64,000 nucleotides of DNA from the human T2T-CHM13v2.0 reference genome, Homo sapiens, in NCBI RefSeq assembly GCF_009914755.1, contig NC_060933.1; one strand, written 5' to 3'. The notes under the pieces were generated by a model. That model was not told where the DNA came from. It ran no database searches and saw nothing but the letters and a program-made list of their open reading frames with translations. Both the position numbers and the translations under genes were made by a program. This document shows, in pieces, positions 35,412 through 51,720 of this stretch; the first letter of the stretch is position 1, and the number at the start of each line of letters is the position of its first letter.

Positions 35412-36317
35412 CTGTCTCAATTACCCTTTTGTTGCCTCTCATCTCCAAAGTCATACTTCATTGGTTTTGTGAAAATGGATCTGGATCCTTTAAATATCTT
35501 TTCTTTGCCAACTGGCATAATGCTGATTTGTTCATAGAAGGTGTTGGAGAGATATTCCAGGAGGAAGGAATGGGTATGTCTTCCTGGGTCTAACGTGGTT
35601 TTCTCCAATGCTAGGCAAAGCGCAGCTTTTTTTAGCTCTTCATGAAGGCAGTAGTGCTATAGCTGGGAGCCTCAGACAATGTGGCTCTGAGTCTTAGCCC
35701 ATTCTGCTGCTCCTCATACCCTATCCTCAGCGCCTCATGCGTACTTGCTGGGGCCCTGCAGTGATGGCCATTTAGCAAGCCAGCCAACTGACCTTTGCTC
35801 TGCACCAAAGCCCAGAGCTTTCCAAGCCCAAGCTATACACAGAAGTGTGTTAGGTTTCGACAGAGGGCAGTCTGTTTATCTCCTGGTTTCAGCAATGCCC
35901 ACAGTGGTGCCACAACTCTCTCCATGTCCCCCACCTCCATCAACTCTGGCTCTCCTGTGTGCAAAAGGTTTTTTCCCCACAGCCCTCCTGTCATGAACAT
36001 CGTGTGCTCCAGGCCTTATCGGGCCTACCAGCCTTGGCTTGCCAATGCCCCAAAGGGTTGTTCTTGTTTTCCCAGCAATTATGGACCAATTCTGGCTTCA
36101 AATAAAATAAAATTTCTTTCTTGTCCAGTGGGCTACAACCACACCTTCTTCAAAGAGGTCTTCAAATAGGTGACCAGGTTTGTCTTTCTTTTGGGCTCTC
36201 CCTCAACTTTAGGGTACCCTTAGAGTTCTCATTCACAGCTTAAAAATTTTTTATATTAAATTTCCCCTATTTAAATTACTGTGCAGTTTCTCTCTTGGTT
36301 GAACCCAGATTGATGCA
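35412..36317 (+). mobile_element. ERVL-class solo LTR (LTR41-like)
   Basis: TGT...CA ends; ttaccctttttgttgcctctc start; attaaatttcccct...gaacccagattgatgca end. Confidence 0.5.
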
Positions 36318-36833
36318 AATCCTAATGTAATGTTTATGCTTGAAAGCCTTTTATGATCAACCTATCATACTTCTCTGTAATAGGGTATAAATTGAAATAA
36401 TTAAAAAATATTTCTTGTGACCTTAAGACTCTAAGTTAAATCGTTTTTCTTAATTACTAATTCAATTTATTTAAGTACAAGTATTCAAAACCACATAAAT
36501 ATATTATAAATTTTGATAATATAAAAAAAAAATACATATTACAAATGCATGACATAACTAAGAGGGTAGAGAAAGGAGGGGCTGACTTTGGAAATGACTG
36601 GAACTCTAAAGACAAATGGATTGTTCATAAGCATTGTACACTAGTTGGTGAAGTTGTTTCTCATGGGGTATGGGTTAACAAATCTGAACCTACCATAGAT
36701 GTATATTGGGATTGAACAAAAAAGTAAATGGATAGAGGATGGTGGGAGTTAAGTGTCTCACTGTTGGAGTGGGGTGTGGGTTTACAGATAAGCAAGCAGG
36801 GAAGCTATAATGAACCATGTGGTACTGGATTAG

Positions 36834-37182
<349 letters not shown>

Positions 37183-37464
37183 AAGCTCATGTTTATCTTA
37201 ATATAGATACTGATGGATAGATGTAGATAAACTTGTAGATATGTGTCTATACAGAGATAACTATAACACATCTATTTCTAGCTCTGTTTGCTCAGAGGGC
37301 CTTAGAGCAAGGACACTCCAGTAGCAATGAGCATATCCAGTGCCCAGATTTTGGTTGCTAATACCATTCTCCAATAAAGGGTACTAGAGCTCCTTGGAGA
37401 AATGACTGATCCTAGAGCTGGGGCAATGAATATACTAGATGAGTCTTGATATCTTGTAATGTGA

Positions 37465-37912
<448 letters not shown>

Positions 37913-37919
37913 TAAACCT

Positions 37920-38310
37920 GTCTTAGTCCATTTTATGTGGTATAACAGAATACTACAGACTGGGTAATTTATAATGAAGAGAAATTTATTTGGCTCACTG
38001 TTCTGGAGGCTGGGAAGTCCGAAAGCATGGCACGAGCATCTGGCAAGGACCCTCTTGCTGTGTCATCCCATGGAAGAGACAGAAGGGCAAGAGAGTGCAA
38101 TAGGGCAATAGAGAAAGGGGGCTCAACTCATCCTTTTTATCAGGAACTCACTCCTATGGTACTAACTAACTAACTCCTGCAATAATACCATTAATCCATT
38201 CACGAGGGCAGAGCCTAATAAGCTCTTAAAAATCCTTCCTCTCAAAACTGTTGCATTGGGAATTAAGTTCTTAACACTTGCCTATTGGGGATCATGTTCA
38301 AACCATAGCA
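37920..38310 (-). mobile_element. MST/MLT1A-type MaLR solo LTR nested in an old L1
   Basis: tgtcttagtcc...gactgggtaatttata...ttctggaggctgggaagtcc...caaaccatagca. Confidence 0.8.
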
Positions 38311-39146
38311 AACGCTTAGTATACATAAATATCTATGAGCAAGTACTATATAAATAAATAATTGAATAAGTAAATAAATTGGGGGAGAAGAGATAAATCT
38401 CCGGTATAGAAAGCTTCCAAATAATTTATATAGATACTCTTTCCTCAAGGAGGTGGAACATAAATCCCTACCCCTTAAGTGTGGACTACACTTAGCAACT
38501 TATTTCCAAAAAGTACAATATGGAAAAGGGTAGGGAGTAACTTTTTAATGGGAAACCTGGCAAATGGTACCTTATCTAGGTGACGAAATTTAACATAATC
38601 AGTGATAAGTCATGTTGATAACATGTACCTTTGATATGATGTATTGAGAATGAAACTTTAACTCGTTATGTAGTTTTCCTCCTCAAAGCACATAACCCAA
38701 GTCTAATCACGAGGAAAACATCAGACAAATCCAAATTGAGCAATATTCTATAAAATACCTGACCAGTATTCCTTAAAACTTCAAGGTCATAAAAAAAAAG
38801 GCAAGTTTGAGAAACTGTCACAGCTAAGAGGAGCTCAAGGAGATATGATGACTAAATCTAACGATATATCCTACATGAGGGTATATATATCCTATATAAG
38901 GATATATCCTACATGAGATCCTATAACATAAATAGGACATTAAAGAAAAACTAATGAGTTCTGAATAAAGGATGGTGTTTAGTTAATAATAATGTATCAA
39001 TATTGGTTCATTAGTTGTGACCAATGTACCATAGTAATAGTAATGTAAGATATTAATAATAGGAGAAATTTGGTGTTTTATATTTGGGAACTCTTTATAC
39101 TATTTTTGTAACTTTTCTGTTAATCTATTCTAAAATTGAGAGTTTA

Positions 39147-39468
<322 letters not shown>

Positions 39469-40267
39469 TTTATTTAAATTTTAAAAAGTAGATGTAATGG
39501 AAATGCATCTCTTAGTGAGATGAATGGGATGTTACAGTGGTTTAAAGGAGATTTTGCTGATCCCAGTATTTCAAATTATTCCTTTATTTATTGCTCTGGT
39601 AGTATTTAGATCTTAGGTCTTGGCTTAGTAAGATTCAGGATGGGTGACAGATATATATTTATTTCACAAAGTGGAAGGACAATTGTAAAAGTGGAGGATA
39701 GAAAAAAAGAACCCTTGTGATGGGTAGGTCTCAGGTGTGTTCTCTGGCTTGGGAAAGAGTGCCTGTGGAAATTGAAGCACTGGAAATTTACTCTTTTAAA
39801 ACTGTTGGTGCCCATGTACTCACTCCTTGAAATGTCTTTGTAATATGCCCTAACGGTAGGTGTACCTCAGTCTAAAGACTTCTGATATATATCATCTTGA
39901 GAAGTTCAGCTGTGAAAGAGAACAGAGCAGGAGTAGTTGGAGAGGATATGAAGTCTAGAAAAGCTTCCTTCAGAAGCTTAAGTACATTTAAATGTCAAGG
40001 GGAAGGCCATTGTTGAGGGGAGGAAGGAAGGGAGACCCCATGTGGACTTCAGATTTAGCCTCAGAGTTTTGAACATGGTTTAGAGAAAGCTCTATATAGG
40101 GGTTATATGCACAGCTCAGTTTATAATAAAATGTACTTTGTGTCCCATTTACAATGTTAACATTATAACATTATCATTATTATGGTCACTGCCTTGCATA
40201 CTTTGTCAACTCCCTTGCCCCACTCTCACTGTTGCTTCCTTACACAGTCTTGACTAAGCCACAGCCC

Positions 40268-40566
40268 TTTTTTGTTTGTTTGTTTGAGATGGAGTCTCAC
40301 TCTGCCGCCCAGGCTGCAGTGCAGTGGCGGGATCTCGGCTCACTGCAAGCTCCGCCTCCCCGGGTTCACGCCATTCTCCTGCCTCAGCCTCCCGAGTAGC
40401 TGGGACTACAGGCGTCCGCCACCACACCCGGCTAATTTTTTGTATTTTTAGTAGAGACGGGGTTTCACCGTGTTAGCCAGGATGGTCTCGATCTCCTGAC
40501 CTCGTGATCCGCCCACCTCTGCCTCCCAAAGTGCTGGGATTACAGGCGTGAGCCACCGCGCCTGCA
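40268..40566 (-). mobile_element. AluY
   Basis: Y diagnostics gcaagctccgcc, ttcacgccattc, ccgtgttagccaggatgg; TSD ccacagcccttt. Confidence 0.93.
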
Positions 40567-41069
40567 CCACAGCCCTTTAAATGCAATTCTCTGTCTTTGT
40601 TTTCCTCCTTTCTAGTGGGCACCCCTCCTCCATTTGTGACCTACTTAATGCTCTCACTTTAGAGTCATGATCACTAATTTAAGAGGATCTTTATATTTTC
40701 GGGCAAACATACCCTATAGTTCCCCATTCCCTTCACTCTCTCACTCTCCTAGATGACTGTTTCATGATTTATTTCTTCTCAAATCTCCAATACCTTCTCC
40801 TTCTTCACTCTCAGCTTCCTCGCTTTCATATCACTGAGGTTGAAAGTGACTCTAGTTTGTCCTGGCAAGTTCCAGTTTATCTTCCCCATTTTGCTTCCAA
40901 CTCTCCTGACAATGAGCTTGGCTGACCTGAAGTGACTTCAGGCCCAACACCAGATGCAAAGACAACTGTCTTACATAACTTTTAAACCAGTTCCCACATT
41001 TGTACAAGGCCTAATCCTTATAATAAACTCTTTACTCTATAACTCTCAGTGGTTCTGCTTTTCTGATCA

Positions 41070-42120
41070 AAGAAAACAGAAAAGTAAAGAGGAAAAAAAA
41101 TGGAAGCAATCAGAAGAGAATGGCCATAATCTCCCATCACATCTGCCTGTATCTCTGCCCATAATCTCAATGGTTCTTCTTATGTCTGTGGATCAACTCT
41201 CTATGGTCCTAGCCAAGACCAACTCCCTCCTTTTCTGCACTATATCCCATCTCTTTTCACCTTCCCAGGGACTTGTGTCCAGCACATCTCTCTCTATCTC
41301 CATTAGCATTTGCTCCTGTACTGGAATTTTCCCATCCATTTACAAACACTGTGAGATTTTTCTACTTTAAAACTACCCTGTCTTGACTTCTTCCTCTAGC
41401 CAATACCCCATCTCTCATCTATACAGCAAAAGTCTCAGAAAGAGTTGTCTAAACTCCCTATCTCCTGTTTTCCTTTCCTGTGCTTTCTGGAATCTATGAT
41501 AATCAGGCTTTTGCCCCCACCTTTGCTCCGAACACTGCTCCTATCAAGATCACCAAAGAGCTCCACATTGGTAAATCCAGTGGTTCTCTTTCCTCCTCTC
41601 ACTTGATTTGTCAATAGCAGTTGACACAACCGATTACTGTCTCCTCTGGAAACATCTTCTTCATCTGGCTTTCAGGAAATCTCCTGGTTTTTCTCCTACA
41701 TCACTGATCCCTTCTTCTCAATCTCCTTTCCATTTTCTTCTATTTCTGTCTAATGTTGTCCCATGGCTTGGTGGTTGAAATTTTTCTATTTTCTGTTTAT
41801 ATTCACTACCTTGGTAATCTTATCCATTTTTATAGCTTTAAACATCATCTATACTCTGATGACTCCCAAATTTATACTTCCCAGATTTATATTTTCTATT
41901 GAACTTGAGACTTACATAATACAAATACCTACTTAGTAACTCCACTTGGAAGTCTAGTAGGTATTTCAAATTTAACTTGCCCAAAAATTGAGCTCCCAAG
42001 CTCTGTAAATTATACCTTTCTCATAATCTTCCCCATTGCAATAAATGACAATGTCATTCTTAGGCCACAAACCTTGGTGCTATCCCTGATTCCTCCGCTG
42101 TACCTTCAAAATATATCCAA
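41070..42120 (+). mobile_element. L2 fragment
   Basis: caagatcaccaaagagctccac..., atactctgatgactcccaaattta, ctccacttgga L2 motifs. Confidence 0.7.
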
Positions 42121-43059
42121 ATGTATAAAGAATGACAACCTTTGTATTTACTACTCTATCTCCCACTGTTGAAAGTTTGAGAATATATCTGTCCATATAT
42201 TTTTCATGCCAAAGTTGGAGTCAACCTAAATGTTCATTAGTGAGAGAATGATTAAATATATTATGGCAGATTATATTATGCAGCTGCTAAGAAGAATATG
42301 TATTCAGTAGTGCTGCTATAATATGACACAGGCATTCCTAAAAATCACCAAGTTATATCAAATCACACAATAACCACCACAGGGCCTATGGGAAAATGGA
42401 GTTGGGACTTAATATTAAAAAATTTTGCCAGTGACAGTAAAAAAGACAGAAACCTAATGAAAATGATAGCACAGTTTTAAACATGTTAAATGATTAAGGA
42501 ATACACAAATACTATAATACATATGGCTCCTTACCTTGAAAAATACTCAAAGTTTGCTCTTGAGCCTGTAGGCCCCACTGTCCCACTGGCCAGCCCTGCC
42601 TAGCGACCATGGCCGGTACCCTTTCTGCTCAAGGAAAAGAACAAAAGAGAGATAGAAAAAGAGTGAGAGAATAAATAGAGAAAAATGGCAGAGACCTGAG
42701 AGGAAAGTAGAGAACAATTAAAGAAAGGGGAAGGTAGGAAGCTGCTTAGCCAAGTTGCAACTGGCGAGTTACTGTGAGATGGTAGCAGGTGGACTATCTA
42801 GCCAAAAGTTGAGACACCAAATGTGGCATTAGCTACATTGTGTGGCTCAATGACCCTGTGAACTGTGGTGTGTATGTGTGTTTTGTGTATTCCTATGCAG
42901 CTTATTTCAGTTGGGTGTCATTTTTTAGTTCACCTAGTGTTTCTTGTGAACAAAATTGCATATAAGAATGTGAAATTCATCTTATGCCCACATTGTTCCC
43001 TGATATGGTGATTATTTTGGAAAATTTTTGAATTTTCAAAGGTCTATTTTTAAAAAACA

Positions 43060-43720
43060 GAAATGGAGTTGTGCAACATATAATATTTTATATATTGTTT
43101 TTCCCTTTTTTTTTACTTTATGTTATGGGCATCCTGCCTTGTCAGAGCACACGGACTTACTTTCTTCTAATGGTTTCATGATATTCTACAGTCTAAGTTG
43201 TTGATCTATTCCCCTACTGCTAGCATTTTTATTGTCTATAATTTTTAACTATTACAAATTATATGGCATTTCATTGTGTAATTGGATATTTCTTTAAGAC
43301 AGATTCCTGGAAATGTGGTTGTTGAGTCAAAAGATAGGAGCATTTTTCCTCTTAGTGGGTTTACACAAACTGCACTAAAGAAGCTGTACAAACAATATAG
43401 GAAAGTGTTCTTTTCTTCAATATGTAGAAATTGGATAGTGTGAATTTTCAAAAATGTTGGCACCTGATAGGTGAAAAAACAGTAACATTGTTTTAATTTG
43501 CATTTGTCTAATAAGTAATGAAGCTTCATTGTGTTTCAAATGTTTATTGACAATTTTTGTTTTTTTCTGAGGAAATATCTGTTCATATATTTTGCCCGTT
43601 CTTCTATCAGGTTGTCTTCTTTCTATCAATTTGTAGGAATTCTTTATATATGAGAAATGTAAACTTTTTTTCCTATTATCTGGGTTGCAAATATTTCCTC
43701 TTAGTAATTTGTTCTTAAAT
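43060..43720 (-). mobile_element. Degraded L1M(E) ORF2/3' fragment, sense to SHOC1
   Basis: cattgttttaatttgcattt..., ctgttcatatattttgccc..., gttgcaaatattt ORF2 C-terminal blocks. Confidence 0.65.
43543..43548 (-). terminator. Candidate SHOC1 distal poly(A) signal AATAAA (a proximal ATTAAA lies at 43994-43999)
   Basis: tttatt on + about 580 nt after the stop codon. Confidence 0.5.
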
Positions 43721-44127
43721 TGTGTTTACAGAAAATGATACTTTAAGTTGGAAGTTTTCTAACTTCAATTTTGTCCTAGGTTTTAACTTTCTTGATGTGG
43801 GAGGGTTAACTGTGATGATCTTCACTTCCTGACTCAAAGGGTCAGACTGTGATGGAGACTCATTTAAATGGCCTGTGTGCAGGGGTGTCTGGAAGACATT
43901 TTGGATCTTATGATAATTATTCTGCTAATTGATAAATTAGAATATTTAACTTACAAAGATGCAAACCATAGGGCAGAATACATATTATGAATATTTAATA
44001 CAGAAATACTGAGACATATATGAACAATTGTGTTTTCTTTAGTGTATGAGCAAATCTAAATAATTGCGCTAGTGGATTAGCATCAAAAACAGTGGAATAT
44101 GGCATGTAACATTGCTCTTCTCCTCCT

Positions 44128-44604
<477 letters not shown>

Positions 44605-45442
44605 GAAGTATAGGTATGTTTTCCTCACTATTCAAACGGATTTTGTGTCTTCATCATCTACCTAAAAAGTGTCAAAATTTCCAAACTGGGATAAAATAAT
44701 AACTATTAAAAAGTATGTTTTTAACATAAATGCCTCTGTACCTAATGGCCCGGTATTAAAAATTAGTGATAAATGCATATATTTTTATGCTCATGCCTTG
44801 TACAAATACTTAAATCTCCCTTGGTTTCAATTTTCTCTTCTGTGAAATGAAAAGTTATAATTCATAATCTCTAAATTCTCTTCTAACATTTTTAAGTAAA
44901 AACAACCCAAAATGGTTTGGGAAGCACCTCAGGCCGGGCTTCCTAATTCTTGAAAGTTTCCAATAAGTCCTCATTAATTAGGATATAAGTTAGAGGCTCA
45001 TTTTGACAGACTTTGAACCTAAAACAAAGACATATTGCCTGGTTTCCGTGTACCTTGTATCCATCTTTGTGGTGAGAGTGTATACAATTCTGTCCGGTTT
45101 TTCTTCTTCTTCTTTTTTTTTTTCTTTTTTCTTTTCCAGTTTGCCCTTCCTATTCCTGACTGTGGCTTTTTTTCACTTGGGCTAATTTTCTTCTCATGAA
45201 CATACACCCTTTAGGGGGATATCATTTTCACTAAGGACATATTTCGTTTCAGGGAGAGGTTATGTGTTTAGGAATCTATCTGTAAATTCATGTCTTTAAA
45301 GGCATGTCTGGAAAACAAATCTTTAACTCCAATTAAGGAGCTAAAGAATCCTTAAGTAAACAATTAGATGAAATACAGGGAATATTAATGACGACAGGAC
45401 CTTGGTTCTTCACTGTAAAGCTGTGGGAGAGCCTGGACTACC

Positions 45443-45610
45443 AGTAGCATTCTGGTAAACGTTTAACAACCAGCTCTCGAAACAAGGAAAGGCCTGGTTT
45501 GTAGCATCTGCAAATTTTTGTGGTATGAAGACACCCACCATGGCTGATTTTAAGCTACCAATGTGATAGAAACAATGTTTTTTTCTGGATATCAATCTCT
45601 CACAGCCAAT
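45443..45610 (+). mobile_element. MER63-like hAT-Blackjack fragment
   Basis: ccagtagcattctggtaaacgtttaacaaccagctctc terminus. Confidence 0.6.
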
Positions 45611-46444
45611 TCTAAAATTTCTAAAAATGCTTAAATTTCTTTTTCTATAGCTGCCAGGAAGCTTTCCCATGAAATAAATGTATATTTTGCACCTATTTAA
45701 TAACTCCAATTTATTATCCATATATTATTTATATATGGATATCCATATATAGTTATCCCTATATTAGTATCCACATGTGCAATTATAAAGCACATACAAA
45801 TTTCCAGTTAACCAATACAAAGTGTCCCAAGTACATTCACAGATGAAAACAGTTTTGAAGAGATTACCAGCATTTTGGACATTATGAGCAAAATTCACTA
45901 TATCCTTGCCAAGTCAGATAAAGAATCATCATTAATAAGTGGAAGGAGTAAATAATAAACTGATAACAATGCAGTTGTCAGAAATAACAAAAGTTCAAAA
46001 AAACCAACAACATGAGAAAAACCCCACTCTTGGCTCAAAGAAAAAATTTATAATAGATCAATTAAGAAAAAAATAAAAATTAAAATACCATATTTAAAAA
46101 TGGTATTAGTAGCTCATATTCAGCTTCCATTCTAGAGTCTTTAACATGCCATTTTCAATACTCTTGCTTTTAAGTTTTCCCTCATAGCTTGATCCTTGAC
46201 CCACAGCTGTAATGTGAAATTTATTCTGAGCCCTGATGAATGATAGGTGGTGATTATATAAGAACTCACCTTATATGGCTTTTTAAAATATGATACATTA
46301 ACGTGAAAAATCCTAGATTTGGATACTTACAGAGGCTGATTATGAAATCAGTAAAATGGAAAACTAAAAATTATAAAACAGTTTTAATAATTATCCCTGG
46401 GGATATAATCTCATAATTGCCAAGAGTTAGGGTACCATTATTTA

Positions 46445-46720
<276 letters not shown>

Positions 46721-47498
46721 TTAAAAAGCAATGTATTTTGTCAAACAGACATGCCAAAAAATAAAAATAAAGCAATGTAGTAAGTAATTATATCATAGAG
46801 ATCCCATATATACACTTCGGGACAAATGGAAAATTATCTTGAGGTTATGGGTTATGCTAATGGCTTTGGATAAATTTTCCAGGGCTGTGCCAATATTAAT
46901 TCAAAAAGTGTTGTATCTTAAACAATGTATTTGGAGGTAATGATGTACTATGGAAAAATAAATTTTTTTTAATTTAAATAAAATTTGCCATATTGAATGT
47001 AGATACTAGTATCAAAGAGTCATGTGAACTGTTTGAATAAAATTATTTCATGGAAATAACTTGGAAATTGGAAGAAATTAATATTTCTAAACTGATATTA
47101 TTTTATAGAGTATGTGATTTAAAAATATATAACTAAATTAATGAATTAAAATATAGGTAGCTGTTTGACTATTCTACTCATATACCTAAAAGCTTTAAGC
47201 TTTTTCTAACATTTAATGTTAGAATTTATTTAAAAATGACTTCTGGGTCTTCTCATTGGAAAATGGGAGGTTATATATTGGAGTGCCCTGTGTTCAAGAA
47301 CATATAGTAATTCACATGTGTATTTTGTTTCAGAGTAGAAAAATATGAAATTTTCATCCAGTTTATGAAGTTAGCATAACTTTTATGTCCAAATGTGATA
47401 AGGCACAAATAAAGAACACAATCTAATATCATGAATGTAGACATGAAAATCATAAATATTAGCTACCATATTTAACAGCATATTAAAAGAATCTCTTA

Positions 47499-47793
47499 GG
47501 CCGGGCCAGGTGGCTCACTCCTGTAATCCCAGCACATTGGGAGGCCAAGGCGGGTAGATTACTTGAGCCGAGGAGTTCGAGATCAGCCTGGACAACATAA
47601 CAAAACCCTGTCTCTACTAAAAATAGAAATGAATTAGCCAGGCATGGTGGTGCATGCCTGTAATCCCAGCTACTTGGGAGGCTAAGATGGGAGGATCGGT
47701 TGAGCCCGAAAGGTGGGGGTGGCAGTGAACCAATCATGCCACTGCACTCCAGCCTGGGCCACAGAGGGAGACCTTGTCTTAAAGAAACAAAAA
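47499..47793 (+). mobile_element. Alu (J)
   Basis: TSD aatctcttag. Confidence 0.93.
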
Positions 47794-48094
47794 ATCTCTT
47801 AGACAAGGTAGCATGAAATATTAAATAAAACAAAAATATAAAAATAAAGAATCACCCCTCAAAAACCAGTTATGTTTATCACAGAAATGGCATAGATATT
47901 TTAATATTAGTAAACCTGTAAATATAATCTTTGACATGAATAGGTCAGTAGAGAAAACACATTTGATTTTTCCCAATATGTACTAAAATGAGTTTGAATA
48001 AATTCAGCATCTATTTTTCACAGAAGTTTTTACAAAACTAGACACAGAATACTTCCCATTAAAGTGAGGAACAAAACAAGTTGTAAGTATTAAA

Positions 48095-48245
48095 TAAGAG
48101 CAAATCCAAGCATTACAAGTCCTGTAGCTTATACAATTTGGGAGCCCTTTTTAAAACAAAACAAAAAATACAAGATTTTCTTGGCCCCTCTCAGGCCTCA
48201 CAAAAAAACCTATGAAAAAGAGAAGTTTGAAACTTAAGCTTCCCC
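48095..48245 (+). mobile_element. MER53-like DNA transposon fragment
   Basis: agcttatacaatttgggagccctttttaa motif. Confidence 0.5.
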
Positions 48246-48907
48246 CCGCCCTCCCCTTTTTCTCCTATCCTGGGGAAGGCCACCTTTGTACGGCTGTTAG
48301 AACTTAATATTTTGTTTTAGATGCTTGGGCCAATGCAGTAAGAAATGACACTGAAAGAAAAGCTAGAATCACTAGAAACAAGAAAATTAAATTGTGCTTT
48401 TAAAAATTTGATATGCTTAAATGTTCAGACAACTCAAAAACATCCACCAGAATGGAGCTAATAATACTGCCTATTTAATAGAATTGTTAGAATTAAAGTA
48501 AATAATCCAATAAAGCACTTAGAATGGAGACTGGCACCTAATTAGGCTCTTTTAATAAACGTTAGTCAGTTAAATATACCTGCTCCACAAAGAGGTTAAT
48601 TTTCTAATTCACTGATTCCTCTGTTTAATCTTTGTTGATTTTAGTCTCCTGCTTTACTTAGAGTTGCACTGCTTTTATTTTTAACTTCTTAAGTTGAATG
48701 CTTAGTCCACTTAAGGTTATAATAATTTAACACAATATATTTTCTCTGCATTTATTTTAGAGTTTAGATTTTCTCTTTTACCCAACAGTTATTAGAGAAG
48801 TTTTTTAAATGTAGTAATTAAAACAAAAAAAATGTTAAATTTGGAGATGATTTTATCTTTTAAAATTAAATTTGAGAGTAGTTTTATCAACTATTGGATA
48901 GTGTTAC

Positions 48908-49868
48908 CTGTTAATGATTCCTTGTCTCCTGAGTTAAATGAAGATTCATGGTGCCTTTTCTGTCCTAAACTTTTTCCAGCTCTTTGGTAGAAATAAAGGC
49001 TGTTGAATTCTTTTTGATTTGCATTAGAATCAGAAGCACGAAATAAATCCAAACTGGGGACAGATGGTAATTCTCTCCAGAAAGTCTCATCTTTTGAACT
49101 TTCACATGTGAGGCCTTCAGACTCATCTGATAGACATTTTTGCTGATCAGTGAATAAATTACCTTTCTGAGAGTACAATTTGTTACATGCAGTCTGCTGT
49201 GCACCATATTGTAAGTTGAACGGGTGATTCTCTTGTTCCCATATATTTTTCTTAAAGTTCCAATGAAGAGGAGATTGAGTGCCCTCTAGTGAAAAGATAG
49301 GGTCCGATACATCTTTATTTATGAAACCTTTTGCTTCATGTGTTCTCCTTTTCTGAGAATTTATAAAACGGGGGACAACTGACACTCTCTTCTGAGTGTC
49401 AGTTGGTGATTTTATAGTTTCACAGTTCATTTGTGTTAGACCCAAAGAAAAGACATCTGACTCTGAATCACTGTGGTTTAGAAAGGAGTTATAAGCCGGT
49501 CTCCTTGATTCTATATTAATTAGAAAAGGAGTATTCTGCCCTATATTAGATTTACAGCTGGAGTCTTTCCAGTAGCTGGTCTGATTGTATGAAGTCACAG
49601 GTGGTAAAAAACTTGAGATTTCTTTTAGTTCCATAATGGAAGAGTTGTCATTCAAAGTGGTGGTTTTGTCTTCCTGCACTGTCTCTCCTAATCCTAAATA
49701 CTGATAATATTCATTATGTTCTTGAATGACAGAGTCTAAATCAGAAGCTGAACTTTGAGAAGACAAGGTACTAATCTGATTCCTATTTTCCTGAGGTGAC
49801 GAAATTTGCGGTGATTTTGTTATGGAAGAAGAACCAATCTTGAATAGGGAAGTGATGCTACAAAAATG
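48908..49868 (-). CDS. SHOC1: SHOC1 large penultimate exon (Ser/Asn/Gln-rich, likely disordered region)
   Basis: ttttttag|CATTTTTGT...TTAACAG|gtaaca; 961 nt open frame containing ORF 48891..49766. Confidence 0.94.
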
Positions 49869-50380
49869 CTAAAAAATGAATTAATATAATGCAAATGTCA
49901 GTTTAGTAAATATAAATAATGATGCTTATCTATATGGAAAGAAGGCAAAATATAAATAGGTAGTCTATTCATAGATATTACATTGATCCAGGTATTAAGA
50001 ACATGAAATCATTAGGCTCTATTAAAAGAAAAATTCATTGTAATTCATACTTATTTTCTAATCACTTGTAATAGAATTTTTAATAGTCTATTTTTCAGAA
50101 CAATTTTAGGCTCACAGCAAATACAATAGAATTTTAGTTATACAATTCATACATGAATACTATTTCCTTGATAAGAATTTTAAAATATTACCAGTAAGGC
50201 TAAAGTTATCTTTACAGCTAGAATTAAGGGTATGTTAGGACTGTTTGGAAGAGGTAACGTAAATACATGTGAATAGGGTATATAACTGAATTTTCTATGA
50301 GCACAATAATATTCCAAAATGATTTAAAGCTGACTATATTGAATTTATCTGTATAAAATAGCTTTAGAATGTATAATATA

Positions 50381-51014
<634 letters not shown>

Positions 51015-51132
51015 TCAAGTAAATTATTTCCTTGCTATTTGAAGTCCAAAACAATTAAACTTGGATACCTTCATTTTAAAAATCCTATTGTAAAAATAGA
51101 TACTCAAATCGAAAGGAAATAAATTCATATCA

Positions 51133-51441
<309 letters not shown>

Positions 51442-51588
51442 CTCGTTGCAGCAGATTAAAACTTTTGTTATTGCACCTACCACTCAATTTGAGACATTTG
51501 GGGGAAAAATGTTACCAGAAAGTAAATTCAAATACAGGTTTTTATATTTGCTTTGCAATTATCTATTTTACACATTTAGAAAATATAC

Positions 51589-51720
51589 CTCAGATGGTGA
51601 AACTTTAAGCCAGGATTTATCCAACCATTCATGAGGATCTCTCTTTGAGGTCATTAAACTGTGGTCAGCAATTTGTCGAATTATCAAGGCAGTTGCTTCT
51701 ACTCCTGGGGCAATTATAAG
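51589..51720 (-). CDS. SHOC1: SHOC1 exon
   Basis: ttttttag|CTTATAATT...TCTGAG|gtatat; 132 nt; [44 protein letters not shown]. Confidence 0.93.

Noticed and set aside
38863-38917. Short local duplication gatatatcctacatgag
   Set aside because: Slippage-type duplication inside an old L1, no functional context
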